DNA of 64,000 bases from Eledone cirrhosa (Eukaryota): the NCBI GenBank assembly GCA_964016885.1, contig OZ024745.1, positions 10,726,001-10,790,000 of the forward strand, given 5' to 3'. Positions 15,201 through 27,800 of the stretch are shown one piece after another (position 1 is the stretch's first letter; every line of letters begins with the position of its first letter). Position numbers and translations under genes: made by a program. The notes beneath the pieces are model-generated. The model worked only from the letters and a program-made list of their open reading frames with translations, searched no databases and had not been told where the DNA came from.

Positions 15201-18019
15201 ACAGTTTGAAAGGAAGGTAATAGTTGAGTATCTATTGTAGAAAATTACACAGTTTGAAAGGAGGTTAATAGTTGAGTATCTGTTGTAGAGAGTGATACAG
15301 TTTGAAAGGAAGGTAATAGTTGAGTATATGTTGTAGAGACTGACAGTTTGAAAGAAGTTAATAGTTGAGAATCTGTTGGAGAGAGTGCCACATTTTGAAA
15401 GGAAAGTAATAGTTGAGTATCTGTTGTAGAGAGTGAAACAGTTTGAAAGGAAGGTAATAATTGAGTATCTGTTGTAGAGAGTGATACAGTTTGAAAGGAA
15501 GGTCATAGTTGAGTATCTATTGTAGAGAGTGATACAGTTTGAAAGGAAGTTAATAGTTGAGTATCTATTGTAGAGAGTGATACAGTTTGAAAGGAAGGTA
15601 ATATTTGAGTATCTGTTGTAGAGAGTGACACAGTTTGAAAGGAAGGTAATAGTTGAGTATCTATTGTAGAGAGTGATACAGTTTGAAAGTAAGTTAATAG
15701 TTGAGTATCTATTGTAGAGAGTGACACAGTTTGAAAGAAAGGTAATATTTGAGTATCTATTGTAGAGAGTGATACTGATTGAAAGGAAGGTAATAGTTGA
15801 GTATCTGTTGTAGAGAGTGACGCAGTTTGAAAGGAAGGTAATAGTTGAGTATCTGTTTTAGAGAGTGACACAACTTGAAAGGAAGGTAATAGTTGAGTAT
15901 CTGTTGTAGAGAGTGACGCAGTTTGAAAGGAAGGTAATAGTTGAGTATCTGTTTTAGAGAGTGACACAACTTGAAAGGAAGGTAATAGTTGAGTATCTGT
16001 CGTAGCGAGTTACACAGTTTGAAAGGAAGTTAATTGTTGAGTATCTGTTGTAGAGAGTGATACAGTTTGAAAGGAAGGTAATAAATGGGTATCTGTTGTA
16101 GAGAGTGACACAGTTTGAAAAGAGGTTAATAGTTGAGTATCTGTTGTAGAGAGTGACACAGTTTGAAAGGAAGGTAATAGTTGAGTATCTGTTGTAGAGA
16201 GTGACACAGTTTGAAAGGAAGTTAATAGTTGAGTATCTGTTGTAGAGACTGACAGTTTGAAAGGAAGTTAACAGTTGAGTATCTCTTGTAGAGAGTGACA
16301 CAGTTTGAAAAGAAGTTAATAATTGAGTATCTATTGTAGAGAGTGATACAGTTTGAAAGGAAGGTAATAGTTGAGTATCTGTTGTAGAGAGTGACACAGT
16401 TTGAAGGGAAGATAATAGCTGAGTATTTGTTGTAGAGAGTGACAGTTTCAAAGAAAGGTAATATTTGAGTATCTATTGTAGAGAGTGACACAGTTTGAAA
16501 GGAAGTTAATAGTTGAGTATCTATTGTAGAGAGTGACACAGTTTGAAAGGAAGGTAATAGTTGAGCATCTATTGTAGAGAGTGATACAGTTTGAAAGGAG
16601 GTTAATAGTTGTGTATTTATTGTAGAGAGTGATACAGTTTGAAAGGTAGTTAATAGTTGAGTATCTGTTGTAGAGAGTGAAACAGTTTGAAAGGAGGTTA
16701 ATAGTTGAGTATCTGTTGTAGAGAGTGACACAGTTTGAAAAGAAGGTAATAGTTGAGTATCTGTTGTAGAGAGTGACACAGTTTGAAAGGAAGTTAATAG
16801 TTGAGTATCTATTGTAGAGAGTGATACAGTTTGAAAGGAAGGTAATAGTTGAGTATCTGTTGCAGAGAGTGACACAGTTTGAAAGGAAGGTAATAATTGA
16901 GTATCTATTGTAGAGAGTGGCAGTTTGAAAGGAAGGTAATAGTTGAGTATCTGTTGTAGAGAATGACACAGTTTGAAAGGAAGGTAATAGTTGAGTATCT
17001 GTTGTAGTGAGTGATACAGTTTTAAAGGAAGGTAATAGTTGAGTATCTGTTGTAGAGAGTGACACAATTGAAAGGAAGGTAATAGTTGAGTATCTGTTGT
17101 AGAGAATGACACAGTTTGAAAGGAAGGTAATAGTTGAGTATCTGTTGTAGTGAGTGATACAGTTTTAAAGGAAGGTAATAGTTGAGTATCTGTTGTAGAG
17201 AGTGACACAATTGAAAGGAAGGTAATAGTTGAGTATCTGTCGTAGAGAGTGATACATTTTGAAAGGAAGGTAATATTTGAGTATCTGTTGTAGAGAGTGA
17301 CACAGTTTGAAAGGAAGGTAATAGTTGAGTATCTATTGTAGAGAGTGATACAGTTTGAAAGTAAGTTAATAGTTGAGTATCTATTGTAGAGAGTGACACA
17401 GTTTGAAAGCAAGGTAATAGTTGAGTATCTGTTGTAGAGAGTGATACAGTTTGAAAGGAGTTTAATAGTTGAGTATCTGTTGTAGAGACTGACACAGTTT
17501 GAAAGGAAGTTATTAGTTGAGTATCTGTGTAGAGAGTGACAGTTTGAAAGGAGGTTAATAGTTGAGTATCTGTTGTAGAGAGTGATACAGTTTGAAAGGA
17601 ATGTATTAGTTGAGTATCTGTTGTAGAGAGTGACACAATTTGAAAGGAAGGTGATAGTTGAGTATATACTGTAGAGAGTGACACAGTTTGAAAGGAAGGT
17701 AATAGTTGAGTGTCTGTTGTAGAGAGTGACACATTTTGAAAGGAAGGTAATAGTTGAGTATCTGTTGTAGAGAGTGACACAGTTTGAAAGGAAGGTAATA
17801 ATTGAGTATCTGTTGTAAAGAGTGATACAGTTTGAAAGGAAGGTAATAGTTGAGTATCTGTTGTAGAGAGTGATACAGTTTGAAAGGAATGTATTAGTTG
17901 AGTATCTGTTGTAGAGAGTGACACAATTTGAAAGGAAGGTGATAGTTGAGTATATACTGTAGAGAGTGACACAGTTTGAAAGGAAGGTAATAGTTGAGTA
18001 TCTGTTGTAGAGAGTGACG

Positions 18020-20600
18020 CAGTTTGAAAGGAAGGTAATAGTTGAGTATCTGTTGTAGAGAGTGACGCAGTTTGAAAGGAAGGTAATAGTTGAGTATCTA
18101 TTGTAGAGAGTGATACAGTTTGAAAGGAAGTTAATAGTTGAGTATCTGTTGTAGAGAGTGACAGTTTGAAAGGAAGTTAATAGTTGAGTATCTGTTGCAG
18201 AGAGTGACAGCTTGAAAGGAAATTAATAGTTGAGTATCTGTTGTAGAGAGTGACACAGTTTGAAAGGAAGTTAATAGTTGAGTATCTATTGTAGAGAGTG
18301 ACACAGTTTGAAAGAAAGGTAATATTTGAGTATCTATTGTAGAGAGTGATACTGATTGAAAGGTGGTTAATAGTTGAGTATCTGTTGTAGAGAGTGACAC
18401 AGTTTGAAAGGAAGGTATTAGTTGAGTATCTGTTGTAGAGAGTGATACAGTTTGAAAGGCGGGTAATAGTTGAGTATCTATTGTAGAGAGTGATACAGTT
18501 TGAAAGAAAGGTAATATTTGAGTATCTATTGTACAGAGTGATACAGTTTGAAAGGAGTTTAATAGTTGAGTATCTGTTGTAGAGAGTGACACAGTTTGAA
18601 AGGAAGTTAATTGTTGAGTATCTGTTGTAGAGAGTGACACAGTTTGAAAGAAGGGTAATAGTTGAGTATCTGTTGTAGAGAGTGACACAGTTTGAAAGGA
18701 GGGTAATTGTTGAGTATCTGTTCTAGAGAGTGACACAGTTTTAAAGGAAGGTAATAGTTGAGTATCTGTTGTAAAGAGTGATACAGTTTGAAAGGAAGGT
18801 AATAGTTGTGTATCTGTTGTAGAGAGTGACACAGTTTGAAAGGAAGGTAATAGTTGAGTATCTGTTGTAGAGAGTGACACAGTTTGAAAGGAAGGTAATA
18901 GTTGAGTATCTGTTGTAGAGAGTGACACAGTTTGAAAGGAAGTTAATAGTTGAGTATCTGTTGTAGAGACTGACAGTTTGAAAGGAAGTTAATAGTTGAG
19001 TATCTGTTGTAGAGAGTGACACAGTTTGAAAGGAAATTAATAATTGAGTATCTATTGTAGAGAGTGATACAGTTTGAAAGGAAGGTAATAGTTGAGTATC
19101 TGTTGTAGAGAGTGATACAGTTTGAAAGGTAATATTTGAGTATCTATTGTAGAGAGTGATACAGTTTGAAAGGAGGTTAATAGTTTAGTATCTGTTGTAG
19201 AGAGTGACACAGTCTGAAAGGAAGGTAATAGTTGAGTATCTGTTGTAGAGAGTGACACAGTTTGAAAGGAAGGTAATAGTTGAGTATCTGTTGTAGAGAG
19301 TGACACAATTTGAAAGGAAGTTAATAGTTAAGTATCTATTGTAGAGAGTGACACAGTTTGAAAGGAAGTTAATTGTTGAGTATCTGTTGTAGAGAGGGAT
19401 ACAGTTTGAAAGGAAGGTAATAGTTGAGTATCTGTTGTAGAGAGTGACACAGTTTGAAAGGAAGTTAATAGTTGAGTATCTGTTGTAGAGAGTGACAGTT
19501 TGAAAGGAAGTTAATAATAGAGTATCTATTGTAGTGAGTGATACAGTTTGAAAGGAAGGTAATAGTTGAGTATCTGTTGTAGAGAGTGATACAGTTTGAA
19601 AGGAGGTTAATAGTTGAGTATATGTTGTAGAGAGTGACACAGTTTGAAAGGAAGGTAATAGTTGAGTATCTGTTGTAGAGAGTGACGCAGTTTGAAAGGA
19701 AGGTAATAGTTGAGTATCTATTGTAGAGAGTGATACAGTTTGAAAGGAAGTTAATAGTTGAGTATCTGTTGTAGAGAGTGACAGTTTGAAAGGAAGTTAA
19801 TAGTTGAGTATCTGTTGCAGAGAGTGACAGCTTGAAAGGAAATTAATAGTTGAGTATCTGTTGTAGAGAGTGACACAGTTTGAAAGGAAGTTAATAGTTG
19901 AGTATCTATTGTAGAGAGTGACACAGTTTGAAAGAAAGGTAATATTTGAGTATCTATTGTAGAGAGTGATACTGATTGAAAGGTGGTTAATAGTTGAGTA
20001 TCTGTTGTAGAGAGTGACACAGTTTGAAAGGAAGGTATTAGTTGAGTATCTGTTGTAGAGAGTGATACAGTTTGAAAGGCGGGTAATAGTTGAGTATCTA
20101 TTGTAGAGAGTGATACAGTTTGAAAGAAAGGTAATATTTGAGTATCTATTGTACAGAGTGATACAGTTTGAAAGGAGTTTAATAGTTGAGTATCTGTTGT
20201 AGAGAGTGACACAGTTTGAAAGGAAGTTAATTGTTGAGTATCTGTTGTAGAGAGTGACACAGTTTGAAAGAAGGGTAATAGTTGAGTATCTGTTGTAGAG
20301 AGTGACACAGTTTGAAAGGAGGGTAATTGTTGAGTATCTGTTCTAGAGAGTGACACAGTTTTAAAGGAAGGTAATAGTTGAGTATCTGTTGTAAAGAGTG
20401 ATACAGTTTGAAAGGAAGGTAATAGTTGTGTATCTGTTGTAGAGAGTGACACAGTTTGAAAGGAAGGTAATAGTTGAGTATCTGTTGTAGAGAGTGACAC
20501 AGTTTGAAAGGAAGGTAATAGTTGAGTATCTGTTGTAGAGAGTGACACAGTTTGAAAGGAAGTTAATAGTTGAGTATCTGTTGTAGAGACTGACAGTTTG
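18020..20600. repeat. Higher-order duplication, offset 1620 bp (~34 monomers; second copy partial)
   Basis: Identical 265-aa translations at 18131/19751. Variants GTTCTAGAG, GTACAGAG and AAGGCGGG are shared. Confidence 0.85.
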
Positions 20601-21849
20601 AAAGGAAGTTAATAGTTGTGTATCTGTTGTAGAGAGTGACACAGTTTGAAAGGAAGGTAATAGTTGAGTATCTGTTGTAGAGAGTGACACAGTTTGAAAG
20701 GAAGGTAATAGTTGAGTATCTGTTGTAGAGAGTGACACAGTTTGAAAGGAAGTTAATAGTTGAGTATCTGTTGTAGAGACTGACAGTTTGAAAGGAAGGT
20801 AATAGTTGAGTATCTGTTGTAGAGAGTGATACAGTTTGAAAGGAGGTTAATAGTTGAGTATATGTTGTAGAGAGTGACACAGTTTGAAAGGAAGGTAATA
20901 GTTGAGTATCTGTTGTAGAGAGTGACGCAGTTTGAAAGGAAGGTAATAGTTGAGTATCTATTGTAGAGAGTGATACAGTTTGAAAGGAAGTTAATAGTTG
21001 AGTATCTGTTGTAGAGAGTGACAGTTTGAAAGGAAGTTAATAGTTGAGTATCTGTTGCAGAGAGTGACAGCTTGAAAGGAAATTAATAGTTGAGTATCTG
21101 TTGTAGAGAGTGACACAGTTTGAAAGGAAGTTAATAGTTGAGTATCTATTGTAGAGAGTGACACAGTTTGAAAGAAAGGTAATATTTGAGTATCTATTGT
21201 AGAGAGTGACAGTTTGAAAGGAAGTTAATAGTTGAGTATCTGTTGTAGAGACTGACAGTTTGAAAGGAAGTTAATAGTTGTGTATCTGTTGTAGAGAGTG
21301 ACACAGTTTGAAAGGAAGGTAATAGTTGAGTATCTGTTGTAGAGAGTGACACAGTTTGAAAGGAAGGTAATAGTTGAGTATCTGTTGTAGAGAGTGACGC
21401 AGTTTGAAAGGAAGGTAATAGTTGAGTATCTGTTGTAAAGAGTGATACAGTTTGAAAGGAAGGTAATAGTTGAGTATCTATTGTAGAGAGTGATACAGTT
21501 TGAAACGAAGTTAATAGTTGAGTATCTGTTGTAGAGAGTGACACAGTTTGAAAGAAGGGTAATAGTTGTGTATCTGTTGTAGAGAGTGACACAGTTTGAA
21601 AGGAAGGTAATAGTTGAGTATCTGTTGTAGAGAGTGACACAGTTTGAAAGGAAGGTAATAGTTGAGTATCTGTTGTAGAGAGTGACACAGTTTGAAAGGA
21701 AGTTAATAGTTGAGTATCTGTTGTAGAGACTGACAGTTTGAAAGGAAGTTAATAGTTGAGTATCTGTTGTAGAGAGTGACACAGTTTGAAAGGAAATTAA
21801 TAATTGAGTATCTATTGTAGAGAGTGATACAGTTTGAAAGGAAGGTAAT

Positions 21850-24800
21850 AGTTGAGTATCTGTTGTAGAGAGTGATACAGTTTGAAAGGTAATATTTGAG
21901 TATCTATTGTAGAGAGTGATACAGTTTGAAAGGAGGTTAATAGTTTAGTATCTGTTGTAGAGAGTGACACAGTCTGAAAGGAAGGTAATAGTTGAGTATC
22001 TGTTGTAGAGAGTGACACAGTTTGAAAGGAAGGTAATAGTTGAGTATCTGTTGTAGAGAGTGACACAATTTGAAAGGAAGTTAATAGTTAAGTATCTATT
22101 GTAGAGAGTGACACAGTTTGAAAGGAAGTTAATTGTTGAGTATCTGTTGTAGAGAGGGATACAGTTTGAAAGGAAGGTAATAGTTGAGTATCTGTTGTAG
22201 AGAGTGACACAGTTTGAAAGGAAGTTAATAGTTGAGTATCTGTTGTAGAGAGTGACAGTTTGAAAGGAAGTTAATAATAGAGTATCTATTGTAGTGAGTG
22301 ATACAGTTTGAAAGGAAGGTAATAGTTGAGTATCTGTTGTAGAGAGTGATACAGTTTGAAAGGAGGTTAATAGTTGAGTATATGTTGTAGAGAGTGACAC
22401 AGTTTGAAAGGAAGGTATTAGTTGAGTATCTGTGTAGAGAGTGACAGTTTGAAAGGAGGTTAATAGTTGAGTATCTGTTGTAGAGAGTGATACAGTTTGA
22501 AAGGAATGTATTAGTTGAGTATCTGTTGTAGAGAGTGACACAACTTGAAAGGAAGGTAATAGTTGAGTATATACTATAGAGAGTAACACAGTTTGAAAGG
22601 AAGGTAATAGTTGAGTGTCTGTTGTAGAGAGTGACACATTTTGAAAGGAAGGTAATAGTTGAGTATCTGTTGTAGAGAGTGACACAGTTTGAAAGGAGGT
22701 AATAATTGAGTATCTGTTGTAGAGTGTGATACAGTTTGAAAGGAAGGTAATATTTGAGTATCTATTGTAGGGAGTGATACAGTTTGAAAGGAAGTTAATA
22801 GTTGAGTATCTATTGTAGAGAGTGATACAGTTTGAAAGGAAGGTAATATTTTAGTATCTTTTGTAGAGTGTGACACAGTTTGAAAGGAAGGTAATAGTTG
22901 AGTATCTGTTGTAGAGAGTGACACAGTTTGAAAAAAGTTTAATAGTTGAGTATCTGTTGTAGAGAGTGACACAGTTTGAAAGGAAGTTAATAGTTGAGTA
23001 TCTATTGTAGAGAGTGATAAAGTTTGAAAGGAGTTTAATAGTTGAGTATCTGTTGTAGAGAGTGACAGTTTGAAAGGAAGTTAATAGTTGAGTATCTGTT
23101 GTAGAGAGTGACACAGTTTGAAAGGAAGTTAATAGTTGAGTATCTATTGTAGAGAGTGATACAGTTTGAAAGGAGTTTAATAGTTGAGTATCTGTTGTAG
23201 AGAGTGACAGTTTGAAAGGAAGTTAATAGTTGAGTATCTGTTGTAGAGAGTGACACAGTTTGAAAGGAAGGTATTAGTTGAGTATCTGTTGTAGAGAGTG
23301 ATACAGTTTGAAAGGCGGGTAATAGTTGAGTATCTATTGTAGAGAGTGATACAGTTTGAAAGAAAGGTAATATTTGAGTATCTATTGTAGAGAGTGATAC
23401 AGTTTTAAAGGAGTTTAATAGTTGAGTATCTGTTGTAGAGAGTGACACAGTTTGAAAGGAAGTTAATTGTTGAGTATCTATTGTAGAGAGTTACACAGTT
23501 TGAAAGAATGGTAATAGTTGAGTATCTGTTGTAGAGAGTGACACAGTTTGAAAGGAGGGTAATAATTGAGTAGCCATTGTAGAGAGTGACCCAGTTTGAA
23601 AGAAAGGTAATATTTGAGTATCTATTGTAGAGAGTGATACAGATTGAAAGGAGGTTAATAGTTGAGTATCTGTTGTAGAGAGTGACACAGTTTGAAAGGA
23701 GGTTAATAGATTAATATCTGTTGTAGAGAGTGACACAGTTTGAAAGAAAGGTAATATTTGAGTATCTATTGTAGAGAGTGACAGTTTGAAAGGAAGTTAA
23801 TTGTTGAGTATCTATTGTCGAGAGTGACTCAGTTTGAAAGAAAGGTAATAGTTGAGTATCTATTATAGAGAGTGATACAGTTTGAAAAGAAGTTAATAGT
23901 TGAGTATCTATTGTAGAGAGTGACACAGTTTGAAAGCAAGGTAATAGTTGAGTATCTGTTGTAGCGAGTAACACAGTTTGAAAGGAAGGTAATAGTTGAG
24001 TATCTATTGTAGAGAGTGATACAGTTTGAAAGGAAGGTAATAGTTGAGTATCTGTTGTAGAGAGTGACACAGTTTGAAAGGTGGTTAATAGTTGAGTATC
24101 TGTTGTAGAGAGTGACACAGTTTCAAAGGAAGTTAATAGTTGAGTATCTGTTGTAGAGAGTGACAGTTTGAAAGGAAATTAATAGTTGAGTATCTGTTGT
24201 AGAGAGTGACACAGTTTGAAAGGAAGTTAATAGTTGAGTATCTATTGTAGAGAGTGACAGTTTGAAAGGAAGTTAATAGTTGAGTATCTGTTGTAGAGAG
24301 TGAAACAGTTTGAAAGGAAGTTAATAGTTGAGTATCTGTTGTAGAGAGTGACAGTTTGAAAGGAAGTTAATAGTTGAGTATCTGTTGTAGAGAGGGACGC
24401 AGTTTGAAAGGAAGTTAATAGTTGAGTATCTATTGTAGAGAGTGACACAAATTGAAAGAAAGGTAATATTTGAGTATCTATTGTAGAGAGTGATACTGAT
24501 TGAAAGGTGGTTAATAGTTGAGTATCTATTGTAGAGAGTGACACAGTTTGAAAGAAGGGTAATAGTTGAGTATTTTTTATAGAGAGTGACACAGTTTGAA
24601 AGGAGGGTAATTGTTGTGTAGTTGTTGTAGAGAGTGACACAGTTTGAAAGGAAGTTAATAGTTGAGTATCTGTTGTAGAGAGTGATACAGTTTGAAAGGA
24701 AGGTAATAGTTGAGCATCTATTGTACAGAGTGACACAGTTTGAAAGGAAGGTAATAGTTGAGTATCTACTGTAGAGAGTGATACAGTTTGAAAGGAAGGT

Positions 24801-27800
24801 AATAGTTGACTATCTGTTGTAGAGAGTGATACAGTTTGAAAGGTAATATTTGAGTATCTATTGTAGAGAGTGATACAGTTTGAAAGGAGGTTAATAGTTT
24901 AGTATCTGTTGTAGAGAGTGACACAATTTGAAAGGAAGTTAATAGTTGAGTATCTATTGTAGAGAGTGACACAGTTTGAAAGGAAGTCAATTGTTGAGTA
25001 TCTATTGTAGAGAGTGATACAGTTTGAAAGAAAGGTAATGGTTGAGTATCTGATGTAGAGAGTGACACAGTGTGAAAAGAGGTTAATAGTTGAGTATCTG
25101 TTGTAGAGAGTGACACAGTTTGAAAGGAAGGTAATAGTTGAGTATCTGTTGTAGAGAGTGACACAGTTTGAAAGGAAGTTAATAGCTGAGTATCTGTTGT
25201 AGAGAGTGACAGTTTTAAAGGAAGTTAATAGTTGAGTATCTGTTGTATAGAGTGACACAGTTTGAAAGGAAGTTAATAATAGAGTATCTGTTGTAGAGAG
25301 TGACACAGTTTGAAAGGAATGTATTAGTTGAGTATCTGTTGTAGAGAGTGACACAACTTGAAAGGAAGGTAATAGTTGAGTATATACTGTAGAGAGTGAC
25401 CCAGTTTGAAAGGAAGGTAATAGTTGAGTATCTATTGTAGAGAGTGATACAGTTTGAAAGGAAGTTAATAGTTGAGTATCTATTGTAGAGAGTGATACAG
25501 TTTGAAAGGAAGGTAATATTTGAGTATCTGTTGTAGAGAGTGACACATTTTGAAAGGAAGGTAATAGTTGAGTATCTATTGTAGAGAGTGATACAGTTTG
25601 AAAGGAAGTTAATAGTTGAGTATCTATTGTAGAGAGTGACACAGTTTGAAAGCAAGGTAATAGTTGAGTATCTGTTGTAGAGAGTGACACAGTTTGAAAG
25701 GAAGGTAATAGTTGAGTATCTGTTGTAGAGAGGGACACAGTTTCAAAGGAAGTTAATAGTTGAGTATCTGTTGTAGAGAGTGACAGTTTGAAAGGAAGTT
25801 AATACTTGAGTATCTGTTGTAGAGAGTGACAGTTTGAAAGGAAGTTAATAGTTGAGTATCTGTTGTAGAGAGTGACACAGTTTGAAAGGAAGTTAATAGT
25901 TGAGTATCTATTGTAGAGAGTGACACAGTTTGAAAGAAATGTAATATATGAGTATCTACTGTAGAGAGTGATACTGATTGAAAGGTGGTTAATAGTTGAG
26001 AATCTGTTGTAGAGAGTGACACAGTTAGAAAGGAAGGTATTAGTTGAGTATCTGTTATAGAGAGTGATACAATTTTAAAGGCGGGTAATAGTTGAGTATG
26101 TATTGTAGACAGTGACACAGTTTGAAAGAAAGGTAATATTTGAGTATCTATTGTAGAGAGTGATACAGTTTGAAAGGAGTTTAAAAGTTGAGTATCTGTT
26201 GTAGAGAGTGACACAGTTTGAAAGGAAGGTAATAGTTGAGTATCTGTTGTAGAGAGTGACACAGTTTGAAAGGAAGGTAATAGTTGAGTATCTGTTGTAG
26301 AGAGTGACACAATTTGAAAGGAAGTTAATAGTTAAGTATCTATTGTAGAGAGTGACACAGTTTGAAAGGAAGTTAATTGTTGAGTATCTGTTGTAGAGAG
26401 TGATACAGTTTGAAAGGAAGGTAATAGTTGAGTATCTGTTGTAGAGAGTGATACAGTTTGAAAGGTAATATTTGAGTATCTATTGTAGAGAGTGATACAG
26501 TTTGAAAGGAGGTTAATAGTTTAGTATCTGTTGTAGAGAGTGACACAGTCTGAAAGGAAGGTAATAGTTGAGTATCTGTTGTAGAGAGTGACACAGTTTG
26601 AAAGGAAGGTAATAGTTGAGTATCTGTTGTAGAGAGTGACACAATTTGAAAGGAAGTTAATAGTTAAGTATCTATTGTAGAGAGTGACACAGTTTGAAAG
26701 GAAGTTAATTGTTGAGTATCTGTTGTAGAGAGGGATACAGTTTGAAAGGAAGGTAATAGTTGAGTATCTGTTGTAGAGAGTGACACAGTTTGAAAGGAAG
26801 TTAATAGTTGAGTATCTGTTGTAGAGAGTGACAGTTTGAAAGGAAGTTAATAATAGAGTATCTATTGTAGTGAGTGATACAGTTTGAAAGGAAGGTAATA
26901 GTTGAGTATCTGTTGTAGAGAGTGATACAGTTTGAAAGGAGGTTAATAGTTGAGTATATGTTGTAGAGAGTGACACAGTTTGAAAGGAAGGTATTAGTTG
27001 AGTATCTGTGTAGAGAGTGACAGTTTGAAAGGAGGTTAATAGTTGAGTATCTGTTGTAGAGAGTGACACAGTTTGAAAGGAAGGTAATAGTTGAGTATCT
27101 GTTGTAGAGAGTGATACAGTTTGAAAGGAGGTTAATAGTTGAGTATCTGTTGTAGAGAGTGATACAGTTTGAAAGGAATGTATTAGTTGAGTATCTGTTG
27201 TAGAGAGTGACACAACTTGAAAGGAAGGTAATAGTTGAGTATATACTATAGAGAGTAACACAGTTTGAAAGGAAGGTAATAGTTGAGTATCTGTTGTAGA
27301 GAGTGACACATTTTGAAAGGAAGGTAATAGTTGAGTATCTGTTGTAGAGAGTGACACAGTTTGAAAGGAGGTAATAATTGAGTATCTGTTGTAGAGTGTG
27401 ATACAGTTTGAAAGGAAGGTAATATTTGAGTATCTATTGTAGGGAGTGATACAGTTTGAAAGGAAGTTAATAGTTGAGTATCCGTTGTAGAGAGTGACAC
27501 AGTTTGAAAGGAATGTAATATTTTAGTATCTTTTGTAGAGTGTGACACAGTTTGAAAGGAAGGTAATAGTTGAGTATCTGTTGTAGAGAGTGACACAGTT
27601 TGAAAGGAAGTTAATAGTTGAGTATCTATTGTAGAGAGTGATAAAGTTTGAAAGGAATGTAATATTTTAGTATCTTTTGTAGAGTGTGACACAGTTTGAA
27701 AGGAAGGTAATAGTTGAGTATCTGTTGTAGAGAGTGACACAGTTTGAAAGGAAGTTAATAGTTGAGTATCTATTGTAGAGAGTGATAAAGTTTGAAAGGA

